This document shows positions 35,585-46,275 of a stretch of 62,592 bases of DNA, piece after piece. The stretch lies in NCBI GenBank assembly GCA_039587445.1, contig JBDHIM010000012.1, forward strand, positions 1 through 62,592, given 5' to 3'. The position numbers were made by a program, and so were the translations under genes. Below the pieces are notes generated by a model. The model was not told the origin of the DNA. It worked only from the letters and a program-made list of their open reading frames with translations, and did no database searches. The stretch's first letter is position 1, and each line of letters opens with the position of its first letter. Source of the stretch: Gemmatimonadota bacterium. GTDB lineage: Bacteria > Gemmatimonadota > Gemmatimonadetes > Palauibacterales > Palauibacteraceae.

Positions 35585-35628
35585 TGAAAACGAGGAACGG
35601 GCCACGGTGGATCTTCGCGAACGTACGG

Positions 35629-38481
35629 TCAGAGCGCCAGCCAGTACGTGATCTTGAGGGCGAAGAAGTTCTGGCCCGGTGCCGAGACCGAGTCGAGCAG
35701 GTTGCCGAAGTTCGCCGGATCCGGATCCTGGACCGAGAGGTCGTCGCCTCGGTTCAGCTGCCAGATGAAGAAGAGCGTGCTGCCGGGCAGGTACTCCCAG
35801 CGAACGACGAAGTTGGTGCGGAAGGATAGGGCCACGAAATCGCCGTCGTCGAAGCTGAAGACATCCTCGCCGTCCCGGACCACGATCGTCGCGGGGTCTC
35901 CGGGCTCTTCCGGCGGGAGCTCCTCGATCTCGGTGCCCGCGGTCCCGTAGATCAGCAGGTAGCGGCTGCGGGCGGCGAGCAACTCTCCGTAATCGAAGAA
36001 GCTGCCGGTCTCCACGAACGGCTCCCCGTACCACTCCACGCTCAACTCCGGGGTGATCGCGTAGTTGAGCCGCGTCTGGAGCGAGATCGTCTTCCGGTCC
36101 GTCGTCGCGAACACGTACCGCTCGCCGAACGTCGCCGGGCGACCGTTGTCGAAGGTGTCGACGTACTGCCGGGTGTTGACGAAGCGGCGCCATCTCGGGT
36201 CGAAGGAGAGCTCGAAGGCTTCGGTCGGCTGCAGGGAAATGCCGCCGTTCAGGTGCAGCCTCCAGCCGCCGAGCTCGTCGTTGTAGTAGAAGGTCGACGC
36301 CCGAAACCGCGTTCGTTTGCGGCGGTCGCTGAAGAACCCCGCTCGGGTGTTCCAGCCGAAGCCCTTCCCCATCGAGGGACCGCCGCGGGTGAGGTTGTCG
36401 TCCTGGGCGCGGGTGAGGACCTCTCCACGAAGGAAGCCGCCCCAGAAGCTCTTGAAGGTGGCCTCGCCGAAGAGCTCGAAGAAGGTGAACTGACGGTCCC
36501 CGCCGAAGTTCCAGGCGGCCCCACCGATCGAGTTCAGAGAGTACTCGTGAAACAGCGGACCTGGAGTGTTCTCGCGGTATTGGAGCCTCCCGATCGTTTC
36601 GATCCGGTCGGCCTTGTTCAGCTGCCCGAGGTCGTTGATCTCGAAGCCCGGGGTTTTGAAGCTGCCGCGCACCTCCCACAGCCAGTGCTCACCGTTCTCT
36701 CGCTCGAAGTCGAGTGCGCCGGTAAAGCCCGTGAGCGACGTTCGGGTGGGATCCAGCGTCACGTAGGCCGCATCGGGCCGCTGGTAGTAGCGGGCACTGG
36801 ACTCCTGAACCTCGCGGATCGCCGCGGTGTCCCCTCCCACGTACCCGAATCCGGCGTAGCCCCCCAACTCGTACTCGCCTCCCCCGAGGCGGATATTCCA
36901 ATCGGCTCCCCCGCTGAACGCGTTGCGGGTCATGATCTCTCCAAGGGGATCCTCGGCCGACGCGCCCACATCTCGCGCGACGCCCTGCAGGCTCATCCCC
37001 ACCGTAGAGACGGAGGCGCCGATCTCCTGCTGCAGCCTCATGACCCCCCATCCGGTCAGCGGCTCGACGCGGAAATCCTCCGTGGAGACCGACGCCGAGT
37101 CGAAGACCGTCGCGTACTCGTTGGCGGTGAGCGCTCCCAGGGCGCCGATTGAGAGCCCGGAGTTCAGGCGGCCCGTGATCTTGGCGGCCCCGAGGATGGT
37201 CGTCAGGTCGGCCGCATCCACGAAGTCGCCCTCTGCCTCACCGCCCGGCGGGGCCCCGATCCGGCGCGAGAAATAGTAGCGCGGTCCCCTGCCCCGTAGC
37301 AGCTGGTCGCCTTCGATGAAGAAGGGCCGCCGCTCCGGAAAGAAGACTTCGAACTGCGTGAGGTTCACCACGGCGGGGTCGGCCTCCACCTGCCCGAAAT
37401 CCGGGTTGACGGTGGCGTCCAGGGTCAGGTTGGGACCGAGCCCGGCCTTGACATCGAGGCCGAATCGGGGCTCGACCTTGGTCGCGTCCTCGAACGGATT
37501 GGCCTCGTCCAGCAACTCCTCGCTGGTAAAGGTCGCGTCTGTCGACACGTAGGGTACGATCTCGACGGGCCGGCGCGCATTGACCGCCTGGATACCGGTG
37601 AGGTCTCCGAACCAGGAAGACCAGCCCGACTCGTCCCTCGGGATGGCCACCCAGAAGATGTCCTCGTTCTTCGTGGGTATGTAGCGGTTGACGTTGATCC
37701 CCCACGCCTGCCCCTCGCCAGAACGGAACCGGAGCTGTGAGAAGGGGATCTGCATCTCCGCCGTCCAACCTTCCTCGTCGATCTCGGTCTTGGCCGTCCA
37801 GACGGGGTCGAAGGATCGGTCGCGCGAGAAGGCGCGATCGCCGGGATGATACCAGTCCAGCCGCACGCCGGCCGCGGTCACGGCGAAGCTGTAGGCCGTC
37901 CGCCGGTCCTGGTAGCCGTCGAGCGAGACGATCAGGCGCTCCGAGTTCCCGTCGCTGTCGCGGCGTGTCATCACGGCCCGGATGGCCTCGGGGTCCTCGC
38001 TGTACATCCGGGCGCCCACGTAGAGGTTCTTGCCGTCGTAAGCGAACGCCACCTCCGTACGTTCCGTGGGGGGCGCGCCCTCGACCGGCTCCCGCTGCAC
38101 GAAGTCCGAGCTGAAGGTCGCCGAGCCCCACACCTCGTCGTCCAGCCGGCCGTCAACCTTGATCGACGCTTCGGGCGGGATCCGGTAGGCCTGCATCGCC
38201 TTGCTCACGCAAGCGGCGCCCTCGGTCCGCCGGCACGGCAGCAAGGCCGCCGACTCGCCGGTGAGCTCATCCGTGATCGTGTCGGAGCGGGCGATCGGAG
38301 GCCCATCGGGAATCGTGTCCGTCGCCGCCGCCTGGGCTCGGGCCTCGGAAGAGAGCGAGATGAGCACGAGGAGGAGGGCGCAGGCTGCCGACACGCCGGC
38401 CCACGGCAGGCCACTACCGTGACCCCCCTGGTTCGAAACGATTGGCGAGCCCTTAGCCGGTCGCCGTGCCACCCGTCCCAT
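35629..38481 (-). CDS. DUF5916-like outer-membrane protein (CBM9-like N-domain plus beta-barrel)
   Basis: IKVDGRLDDEVW, FVQREP, AYDGKNLY, NPDFGQVEADP, FPERRPFF, SRRIG; C-terminal LKITYWL strand. Start uncertain. Confidence 0.85.
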   Translation of the reverse strand: MGRVARRPAKGSPIVSNQGGHGSGLPWAGVSAACALLLVLISLSSEARAQAAATDTIPDGPPIARSDTITDELTGESAALLPCRRTEGAACVSKAMQAYRIPPEASIKVDGRLDDEVWGSATFSSDFVQREPVEGAPPTERTEVAFAYDGKNLYVGARMYSEDPEAIRAVMTRRDSDGNSERLIVSLDGYQDRRTAYSFAVTAAGVRLDWYHPGDRAFSRDRSFDPVWTAKTEIDEEGWTAEMQIPFSQLRFRSGEGQAWGINVNRYIPTKNEDIFWVAIPRDESGWSSWFGDLTGIQAVNARRPVEIVPYVSTDATFTSEELLDEANPFEDATKVEPRFGLDVKAGLGPNLTLDATVNPDFGQVEADPAVVNLTQFEVFFPERRPFFIEGDQLLRGRGPRYYFSRRIGAPPGGEAEGDFVDAADLTTILGAAKITGRLNSGLSIGALGALTANEYATVFDSASVSTEDFRVEPLTGWGVMRLQQEIGASVSTVGMSLQGVARDVGASAEDPLGEIMTRNAFSGGADWNIRLGGGEYELGGYAGFGYVGGDTAAIREVQESSARYYQRPDAAYVTLDPTRTSLTGFTGALDFERENGEHWLWEVRGSFKTPGFEINDLGQLNKADRIETIGRLQYRENTPGPLFHEYSLNSIGGAAWNFGGDRQFTFFELFGEATFKSFWGGFLRGEVLTRAQDDNLTRGGPSMGKGFGWNTRAGFFSDRRKRTRFRASTFYYNDELGGWRLHLNGGISLQPTEAFELSFDPRWRRFVNTRQYVDTFDNGRPATFGERYVFATTDRKTISLQTRLNYAITPELSVEWYGEPFVETGSFFDYGELLAARSRYLLIYGTAGTEIEELPPEEPGDPATIVVRDGEDVFSFDDGDFVALSFRTNFVVRWEYLPGSTLFFIWQLNRGDDLSVQDPDPANFGNLLDSVSAPGQNFFALKITYWLAL

Positions 38482-38574
38482 CCGTGTTTGTGGGTGCTAC
38501 GGTGTTCGTGAGTGCTATCGCTGTTATCAGCGAGGATCTTCTACCCGCAAAGTGAGCGTGGTGCCGCGATGCCA

Positions 38575-41500
38575 TCAGCCGCTCCTCGCGACCAGGTACC
38601 GATAGGCGACGGGTATCGCGACCAACACGAACAGCGTCGAGGAGAGAAGGCCGCCGATGGTCGCCAGGGCCAGGGCGTTCCAAATGTTGGCGTCCTGCGA
38701 GCCGGAGAACAGCACCAGCGGTAGGAGGCCGAATACCGTGGTGAACGTGGTCATCAGAATCGGCCGCACGCGCTCCAGCGTTCCCTGCAGGATCGCCGCT
38801 CTCGTTTCCATCCACTCCCTCAGCTCACCGATGTGGTAGACGACGAGAATCGCGTTGTTCACCACGATCCCCGACATCATGATCGTTCCGATGTAGGCGG
38901 TTCGCGTGAAGGTGGCGTTCGTGTAGAAGAAGATCAGGAAAACACCGATCAGGGCCAACGGCAACGTCAGCAAGACCACGAGAGGCGCCGCGAGCGACTC
39001 GAACAGCCCCGCGGTCAACATGTAGATCAGTAGAACAGCCAGAATGAGCGCGAGGTAGACCTGTTGGCGCTCCTCCTCGGGCCATCTCCACTCATCTTGA
39101 ATCTCGAACCGATATCCGGGCGGAAGCTCTGTCGATTCGACCACCCGGTCCTGGATCAGGTCACCGAGTTTCGACGGGCCCCGATACTCCCACGTCACCG
39201 TCCGCTCGTACTGCTGGTTCTTTCTTCGGATGTTCGCCATGACGTCCCGCGCCCCGACAGAGGCCACGTCCGCGAGCCGCACCTCTCCGTCACCCAGAGT
39301 CGGCACCCTGAGGTTCTCGAGGTCACGGATGTCGAGCTCCCGGTATCCCGCCAGCTTGATGGCATACCTCACCTCCTCTCCCTCGAGGCGGAGCCGATCC
39401 GCCGAGAGCACCCCGCGGGCGCTGGCCGCCACGTAGCCGAGAAGCTCCTCCACGGTCAGGTCGAACGAAGCCAGGGCGGCTCGGTCCGGCACGACGACCA
39501 GCTCCGTCTCTCGATCTCGTTCGAACCAACCTCCGCTCGCGTTCGGATTGGGGTTGCGGACCCTTGGAAAGCGGCCGATCCGTGCAGAGATATCTTCTGC
39601 TATCTCCTTCACGGTCAGATAGTTGAAGCCAAACACTTGAAGCGCATACGTAGGAGCGGAGCCACCGCCGCCGTAGAAACTCGGTCCGAAGCCAAGAACC
39701 TGCACTTCGGCGCCCGAGAATCCGAAGCTGTAGGCCGCCAGCTGATCCTTGACGGCGACCGGCACGCCCGTTCGCTCGAGCTCCAGGGGGAAGGTGACGC
39801 GTATTCTGGCATAGCCTGGTCGAACCAGTGCCTCGTACCGCTTCACCTCCGGCAGCGTGGCGAGGCGGCCCTCGAACGAACGCGCCAGCTCATCGGTTCG
39901 CTCCAGCTCGGCCCCACGCGGAAAGCGGATGTTGACGACGATGTAGGTGTCCTGACCGAAGGCGGAGGACCAGAGAAGGCCGCGGTCCACGTGCCGGTCG
40001 AAGAGCCAGAAGCTTCCGGCCAGACAGGCGACGCTGATGAGACCCACGAGCACGGGGTGATCGAGCGCCCGTGAGAGCAGAGCCCGGTACGCCCGCACGT
40101 AGGCCGGTTCGAGCCCGGGTCGGTCGGGGCCTGGTGGGTGCCGGACGCCCCTTGTCGCGGGCGTCGCCCGCCGCCGGCCGAAGGATCGCCCGGCGGTCAT
40201 GGCCGGCACGAATGTGAAGGCCACGAACAGGCTGGCGAGGATCGAGAAACCAACGGCATAGGCGAGCGGCAGATAGTAGATCCTGAGATCCCCCTGCAGG
40301 AGCAGAAAGGGCGCCAGCACAATCCCCGTGGTCCCCGTCGCCGCCAGAACGGGCAGGAGCACCTGCCGCGCTCCGTCGCGCGAGGCATCCACCCGACCCT
40401 TTCCCTGCCCCATGTGGCGCTCGACGTTCTCGAGCACGACGATGCCGTTGTCCACGACGAGGCCGAAGCCCCACGCCAGGCCGGCCAGGGTCAGCACGTT
40501 GAGAGAGAAGCCGCCCATGTAGAGGAGATTCACGGCGATCAACACGCTGAAGCCGATCGTCGCGAACACGATCGCCACCGCCCGCGTCGAGCGCAGGAAT
40601 GCCATCAGTACGAGGAAGATGACGAGTGCGGCCGCCATCGCCCGCAGCCGCAGGTCCGTCAGCTGCTCCCGGATCTCCTCGCTCTGATCCGAGTCGAGAT
40701 CGAGCGTGAGGCCGGGCGGCAGGGCCTCTTCGATCTTCCCGATCTCCGCCTTCACCGCCTCCGCCGTTTCGACGGCGTTCGAGCGCGACCCCCGGGTGAT
40801 GACGAGCCAGATCGCCGGCCGGCCGTCGATACGCGTGTACTCGTAGGGATCGGCATGCCCATCTCGCACCCGCCCGAGATCCGAGAGCCGTACAGGCCCC
40901 TCCGGACGCGTGGCCACGATGAGTCGGCCGAGCTCCCTCACGTCCGTGGGCCGGGACCGGATGGCCAGGGCGACACGCATGCCGTCCAGCTCGACAGAGC
41001 CCGGGGCCCGGAGCTCCGACGAACGGGCCACGAGCCTCTGGACCTCGCCCAGCGTTAGCCCCAACGCGCTCATGCGCTGCGCGTCCAGCTCGATCGACAC
41101 CTCTCGCTCCTCGCCGCCGTACAGCCAGACGGCGTCGACGCCCTCCATCCCGAGGAGGCGGGGCCGAACCTCTTCGTTCGCGACCCTAGTGAGGAATCCC
41201 TCGTCGTATGGGCCCGTCAGGCGGTAGGAGAGAAACGGACGGCCCCCGTCGGCGAACTCATCGGGCACGTACGGTTCGACGACGGTGGTGGCACCTTCCG
41301 GCAACTCATCGCGCAGCGCCGACACGCGCTCGCTCAGCTCCAGGCGGGCGAACTCCATACGGGTCTTTCGGCCGAATTCGACGTCCACCTCGGCCGTCGA
41401 GCCGGTGCCGAACAGGTCGATTCGCGAGACCGACTCCACGGATCTCACCCCGCGAACCTGCCGTGCCTCCGCCTCGATGCGGACCGTGACCAGCGACTCG

Positions 41501-41670
41501 AGCGCCTCGGGAGAGGCGCCGGGCCACTCGGCCCGCACCCTCAGCCGTGGATAGGAGACATCTGGAAGGAGCTCCAGCGGGATCAGGCGAAACGCATACA
41601 GACCCAGGAGCAGGAGAGCGAGGTAGATCGCCGCCGTCGCGACGGGGCGCCGGATCGCCATTCCGATCAT
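38575..41670 (-). CDS. RND efflux permease subunit 2 (AcrB/MdtC-like)
   Basis: AIRRPVA, LELLPDVSYP, GLVVDNGIVVLEN, GIVVNNAIL, RVRPILMTT. Confidence 0.95.
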   Translation of the reverse strand: MIGMAIRRPVATAAIYLALLLLGLYAFRLIPLELLPDVSYPRLRVRAEWPGASPEALESLVTVRIEAEARQVRGVRSVESVSRIDLFGTGSTAEVDVEFGRKTRMEFARLELSERVSALRDELPEGATTVVEPYVPDEFADGGRPFLSYRLTGPYDEGFLTRVANEEVRPRLLGMEGVDAVWLYGGEEREVSIELDAQRMSALGLTLGEVQRLVARSSELRAPGSVELDGMRVALAIRSRPTDVRELGRLIVATRPEGPVRLSDLGRVRDGHADPYEYTRIDGRPAIWLVITRGSRSNAVETAEAVKAEIGKIEEALPPGLTLDLDSDQSEEIREQLTDLRLRAMAAALVIFLVLMAFLRSTRAVAIVFATIGFSVLIAVNLLYMGGFSLNVLTLAGLAWGFGLVVDNGIVVLENVERHMGQGKGRVDASRDGARQVLLPVLAATGTTGIVLAPFLLLQGDLRIYYLPLAYAVGFSILASLFVAFTFVPAMTAGRSFGRRRATPATRGVRHPPGPDRPGLEPAYVRAYRALLSRALDHPVLVGLISVACLAGSFWLFDRHVDRGLLWSSAFGQDTYIVVNIRFPRGAELERTDELARSFEGRLATLPEVKRYEALVRPGYARIRVTFPLELERTGVPVAVKDQLAAYSFGFSGAEVQVLGFGPSFYGGGGSAPTYALQVFGFNYLTVKEIAEDISARIGRFPRVRNPNPNASGGWFERDRETELVVVPDRAALASFDLTVEELLGYVAASARGVLSADRLRLEGEEVRYAIKLAGYRELDIRDLENLRVPTLGDGEVRLADVASVGARDVMANIRRKNQQYERTVTWEYRGPSKLGDLIQDRVVESTELPPGYRFEIQDEWRWPEEERQQVYLALILAVLLIYMLTAGLFESLAAPLVVLLTLPLALIGVFLIFFYTNATFTRTAYIGTIMMSGIVVNNAILVVYHIGELREWMETRAAILQGTLERVRPILMTTFTTVFGLLPLVLFSGSQDANIWNALALATIGGLLSSTLFVLVAIPVAYRYLVARSG

Positions 41671-44600
41671 GGGATGTCGCCCAGCTGTTCACCACCGGCC
41701 GCGACGAGCGAATAGACCACCGGCACCACGATGAGCGTCAGGAAAGTCGCGGAGATGAGGCCGCCGATGACGACGACCGCGAGAGGAGAGCGGAGATCCG
41801 CGCCGGCGCCCCAACCGAGGGCGAGCGGGATGAGACCGAGCACCGTGGTCGCGGTCGTCATCAGGATGGGCCTCAGGCGCAGCCGTCCGGCCTCGGCGAT
41901 CGCTTCCTTCAACGCGAGTCCACCTCGTCGTCGCTGGTTGATGAAGTCGACTTTGACGATCGCGTCGTTCACCACGATCCCTATCAGAATGACCAGCCCG
42001 ATACCGCTCATCAGATTGATGCCACCTCCCGTGAGCCAGAGGGCTGGTACCGCGCCCACGGCCGCGAGCGGGACCGCCACCAGGACGACGACCGGCTGCA
42101 GAAGAGACTCGAACTGAGCGGCGAGGATGAGGTAGACCAGAAAGAGGGCAAGCCCGAAGGCGAAAAAGAGGGAGCGGAAGCTCGCGCGCATCTCCTCGTT
42201 CTCTCCGCCAACAGCCAGGGTGGTTCGCGGCGGTCGAGGCATCCCCTCGAGTCGCGCCTCGGCATGGCTGACCGCCTCGGTCAGTCCGGCACCCGCCACC
42301 TCCGCGAGCACCTGCACCGTTCGGCTCTGGTCCTCGCGGAGGATCTCGACGGGACCATAGCCCTGGCGAACCCGAACGACCTCGCTCAAGGGCACGTCGC
42401 TCAGCCGCAAGGCCAGAACGTCGGGAAGCCGCTGTCTCGCCTCTTTCGGCAGCTGAACCCTGATCTCGAGTTTTTCGGAGAACTCCGTGAACGGCTCGGA
42501 GGTGGGCAGCCCGCGCAAATAGGATTCGATGGTGCTCGCCACATCGTAGACGCTGAGGCCGTATCTGGCGGCGCGGTCCCGGTCGACCTCGATCTCCAGC
42601 TCCGGTTGACCCAGCTGCATGCCGACGCGGACGTCCCGGAGCTGTGGCAATCCCACCAGCCGAGCCTTGGCTGACTCGGCCACCGCGACCAGATCAGCCA
42701 GCTCATCCCCCTGGATTCGCACGGCCAGGTCGGCTTCGTCCAGGTCCAGCGTCCGGCCCAGCGCGGTCGAGCGTCCGGTCTCGATCGCCACCGCTCCCGG
42801 ATCGATGCCCGTTCGCGCAAGGCGAGACCGGAAGTCGGAAACGACCCGTGACGTGGGCTCACCCGTCGGACGCAAGCGGACCTCGAGAACCGCACTGTTC
42901 AGGCCCGCCAGCTCGTCCTCGGTGGGCTCGCCCCGCTGAGCGCGGCCGACCCGGGTGAAGACGCCGTCGACCGCCTCCAGCTCGAGAAGCACTGCCTCCA
43001 GCGCCGCCGCCGCCTCATCGGTCGCCTCGATCGGCGTACCCACGGGCAGGTCCAATGCGACGCGGAACTGGCGCTCGTCCACATCCGGCATCAGGTCGCG
43101 GGGAAGGACCGTGGCCAGGGAGATGGCCGCGGCGAACACGGATGCCGCCAGACCGATGACGGCGGACCGGTGGCCCAGCGCCCAGGCGAGAGCCCCCTCG
43201 TAGCGGCCGGCGAAACCGCGGAAGCCGCGGTCGAAGGCCTCGAGCGCCGGCCCCGTGAGGCGGGAGAACGCGTGGCCAATCCCTCCCGTCACCTCCCTCC
43301 AGGTGAGGCGGACGGACTCCCTCGTGAAGCGCAGGGCACGCCGCAGCGGGCGAGTCTTCTTTTCGTCGGCCGTCCGCGCGGCCACATCGTGGGCCGCATC
43401 GTGGGTCTCGTCGCTGGTGGCTGCCGCCACCCCCGCCCTTCCGAACCGGGCCGCCATCACGGGCAGTAGTGTCAACGCGACGAGCAGCGAGGCCAGGAGC
43501 GAGAAGGCGACGGCAAGCGACAGATCGCCGAACAGGGCGCCCGCGACCCCCCGCACGTAGAGCACCGGCCCGAAGACGGCGATGGTCGTGAGCGTAGAGG
43601 CCGTGATCGCGCCGGCCACCTCCCTGCTTCCTTCGGCCGCGGAGTGCGCGGCCGCATCGCGCGGTTCGACCGCCTCGCCGGGCCCTGGAGCCGGCGCGGT
43701 CACCTCACCCTCGTTCCGGTGCCGGAAGACGTTCTCCAGCACGACGATCGAGTTGTCGACGAGCATTCCCACACCCAGGGCGAGACCACCCAGGGACATC
43801 ACGTTCAGGCTGACGTCGAACAGATAACAGAGTGAGAACGCCGCCAGGATGGAGATCGGGATCGCCAGGCCCACGGCCACGGGATAACGGGGATCCCGAA
43901 GAAAAAGGAAGAGCACCAGGAAGGCGAGAATTCCTCCCACGATCAACGCCTGCACGACGTTGGCGATGGCCTCTCGGATGAACTCCGCCTGACTCGTCGC
44001 GATCTCGAAGCCCAGCGACGGGAACTCCGCCCTCAACTCGTCGAGCACCACCTCGACACGTTCAGCCACCCGGACGGTGTTGGAGCCCGATTCCTTGAAG
44101 ATCTGCAATCCCACCGCCGGCACGCCGCTGTACCGCGCCGCTGTCTGTCTCTCCGCGAATCCGTCCCGCACCTCGGCCACATCTGACAGCCGCACCGGTG
44201 TTCCCCCGGTCGGCCTCGCCACGACGACGTCCCGTAGCTGCTCCACCTCCGTGAACTGGCCGAGGGTGCGGAGACTGTAGCGGAATCTGCCGCGCCTCAC
44301 GCTCCCTCCCGGCGCCTGATAGTTGGCCCGGTCGAGTGCGTCGGTCACCTGGGCGACGGTCACCCTGTACAACGTCAGCCGGGCTGGATCCAGAAGCACC
44401 TGGATCTCCCGCTCCCGTCCGCCGCTGATCGCGGCGAGAGCGACTCCGTCCTGCTGCTCGAGACGCCTGGCGAAGACGTCCTTGCTCAGCTCCAACAGCT
44501 CCGCGGGGCTCGCGCCGGATACGGCAAGCGTGAGGATCGGGTCGCTGCCCGGGTCGGAGCGGAGGATGACGGGACGATCCACGCTGCGAGGAAGTATATC

Positions 44601-44948
44601 TCGAAGATCATCGAGCCGTTCCCGCACGTTCAGCGCGGCGAATTCCATGTCCGTGCCCCAATAGAACTGGAGCGTCACGAGGGACTGTCCTTCACGTGAG
44701 CGAGACGTCACTCGCCTGACACCGGGAACCTGGCTGACCTCCTGCTCGACCGGCTCCGTGATGAAGCGCTCCACCTCGGGAGGTGCCGCATCGCTGTAGG
44801 TGGTCCACACCGAGAGCGTGGGGAACGCCACGTCCGGAAGGAGGTCGATGGGGAGACGGGCAAACGAGAGGACGCCCAACACGGAGATGCCAAGATAGAC
44901 CATCGCCGTAGCGATCGGCCGTCGAATGCTTAGATCTGGAAGGCTCAC
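41667..44948 (-). CDS. RND efflux permease subunit 1 (AcrB/MdtB-like)
   Basis: SIRRPIA, PIDLLPDV, GMLVDNSIVVLEN, GIVVNDAIV, RLRPILMTT; GTG 44948 chosen from the typical N-terminus. Confidence 0.95.
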   Translation of the reverse strand: MSLPDLSIRRPIATAMVYLGISVLGVLSFARLPIDLLPDVAFPTLSVWTTYSDAAPPEVERFITEPVEQEVSQVPGVRRVTSRSREGQSLVTLQFYWGTDMEFAALNVRERLDDLRDILPRSVDRPVILRSDPGSDPILTLAVSGASPAELLELSKDVFARRLEQQDGVALAAISGGREREIQVLLDPARLTLYRVTVAQVTDALDRANYQAPGGSVRRGRFRYSLRTLGQFTEVEQLRDVVVARPTGGTPVRLSDVAEVRDGFAERQTAARYSGVPAVGLQIFKESGSNTVRVAERVEVVLDELRAEFPSLGFEIATSQAEFIREAIANVVQALIVGGILAFLVLFLFLRDPRYPVAVGLAIPISILAAFSLCYLFDVSLNVMSLGGLALGVGMLVDNSIVVLENVFRHRNEGEVTAPAPGPGEAVEPRDAAAHSAAEGSREVAGAITASTLTTIAVFGPVLYVRGVAGALFGDLSLAVAFSLLASLLVALTLLPVMAARFGRAGVAAATSDETHDAAHDVAARTADEKKTRPLRRALRFTRESVRLTWREVTGGIGHAFSRLTGPALEAFDRGFRGFAGRYEGALAWALGHRSAVIGLAASVFAAAISLATVLPRDLMPDVDERQFRVALDLPVGTPIEATDEAAAALEAVLLELEAVDGVFTRVGRAQRGEPTEDELAGLNSAVLEVRLRPTGEPTSRVVSDFRSRLARTGIDPGAVAIETGRSTALGRTLDLDEADLAVRIQGDELADLVAVAESAKARLVGLPQLRDVRVGMQLGQPELEIEVDRDRAARYGLSVYDVASTIESYLRGLPTSEPFTEFSEKLEIRVQLPKEARQRLPDVLALRLSDVPLSEVVRVRQGYGPVEILREDQSRTVQVLAEVAGAGLTEAVSHAEARLEGMPRPPRTTLAVGGENEEMRASFRSLFFAFGLALFLVYLILAAQFESLLQPVVVLVAVPLAAVGAVPALWLTGGGINLMSGIGLVILIGIVVNDAIVKVDFINQRRRGGLALKEAIAEAGRLRLRPILMTTATTVLGLIPLALGWGAGADLRSPLAVVVIGGLISATFLTLIVVPVVYSLVAAGGEQLGDIP

Positions 44949-44994
44949 GCGAGGATCGGTTGGGGCCGCGCGCCGGACGGCGCACTGGCCGGTC

Positions 44995-46185
44995 TCACCG
45001 GTCCAGGAGCGCTCTGTGGTTCTCCAGGTGGACCCTGGCGTCATGCGTCAGCGTCGTGTGGCCATCCACGAGCACGATCGAACCGGGCTCCAGGCTATCG
45101 CCATCCCGCTCCGGCGTAACCTCCACGAAGCCATCGTTCTCGAGGCCGGTGCGAACGTACACCCACTTGGCAAAGCCCGTGGCGCCGCCGGGCTCGTCAG
45201 GATGCAGGAGGAAGACCACGTCCCGCTTGTCTCGCTCCACGATCGCATCTCGCGCCACGAAAAGGCGGTCGGCGAATCGACGCCCGGCGATCTCGACCTC
45301 GGCGAACATGCCCGGGAGAACCTTGGCCTGAGGGTTTCGAAGACGCACCGCGACCCGGGCCGTTCCGGTCTCGTGGTTGACCATCGGATTGACGGTCTCC
45401 ACCTGTCCCTCGAACGGCTCCTCCGGCAGTGCGGCGAACCGGACCGTCGCGACTCGCCCCGGTTCGACGGCCGGCAGCGCGCGCTCCAGAACCTCGACCT
45501 CGACGTCGACAGTCGAGAGGTCGACGACTTCGACGACGGCATCGCCCACCTGAAGGCGCGCCCCCTCATCCACGACGAGATCGGCGACGCGCCCAGCGAA
45601 GGGAGCGCGGATCTCCGTTCGCTCCAGCTGGTACATGGCCTCCTCCAGCGCCGCCTCCGCTCCCGGTATCCCGCTTCTGAGCCTCGCCAGACGTTCCCGC
45701 TTCGCACGAAGCTGCGCGTCCTCCAATCGGTCGTCCCCGAGAATCAGCCCCTCGAACTCGGCCTGCGCGTACGCCAGGTCCGCCTCGGCGCGCCGCACCC
45801 GAAGCTCGTACTCCGCGGGGTCGATCCGGACCAGCATCTGTCCCTTTGAAACCCGCGCGCCCTCCTGGACGGGCACGGAGATCACGGGGCCCGATACCTC
45901 CGCCTGCAGTGGCGCCGAGCGCAGCGGTGCCGCCCGACCCTGCGCCTCTACCCAGAGAACGAAAGTATCGCGCCGGACCATCGCGCCTTCCACCGGCAGG
46001 GCGATCTCGGTAGGAAACGCCTCGACGGCGGATGCGCCGAGCGCCTCGTTCAGCGAATCGGCGGGCACGGCATCATCGCCGGCTCGGTCGCTGGCCCCCG
46101 CTTCGTTGAGACGCCACAACACGCCCGCCAGGAGCACCAGTGGTACTCCGACGACGAGTAGCGTTAGCAGATGTCGGGGTTTCAT
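44995..46185 (-). CDS. RND periplasmic adaptor (membrane fusion protein)
   Basis: N-terminal TM; AEVSGPV...V.EG..V.KGQ.L..ID, IRAPFAGRV, PGMFAEV, VRTGL. Confidence 0.95.
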   Translation of the reverse strand: MKPRHLLTLLVVGVPLVLLAGVLWRLNEAGASDRAGDDAVPADSLNEALGASAVEAFPTEIALPVEGAMVRRDTFVLWVEAQGRAAPLRSAPLQAEVSGPVISVPVQEGARVSKGQMLVRIDPAEYELRVRRAEADLAYAQAEFEGLILGDDRLEDAQLRAKRERLARLRSGIPGAEAALEEAMYQLERTEIRAPFAGRVADLVVDEGARLQVGDAVVEVVDLSTVDVEVEVLERALPAVEPGRVATVRFAALPEEPFEGQVETVNPMVNHETGTARVAVRLRNPQAKVLPGMFAEVEIAGRRFADRLFVARDAIVERDKRDVVFLLHPDEPGGATGFAKWVYVRTGLENDGFVEVTPERDGDSLEPGSIVLVDGHTTLTHDARVHLENHRALLDR

Positions 46186-46275
46186 CGCGTGTCGCTCTTA
46201 GCGTACCGCTTCAGATGTGGAGGATCGAGCTCGCCTGGCACCCGCGCGCGACTCGCTCTCGGATCACCTTTCGGA

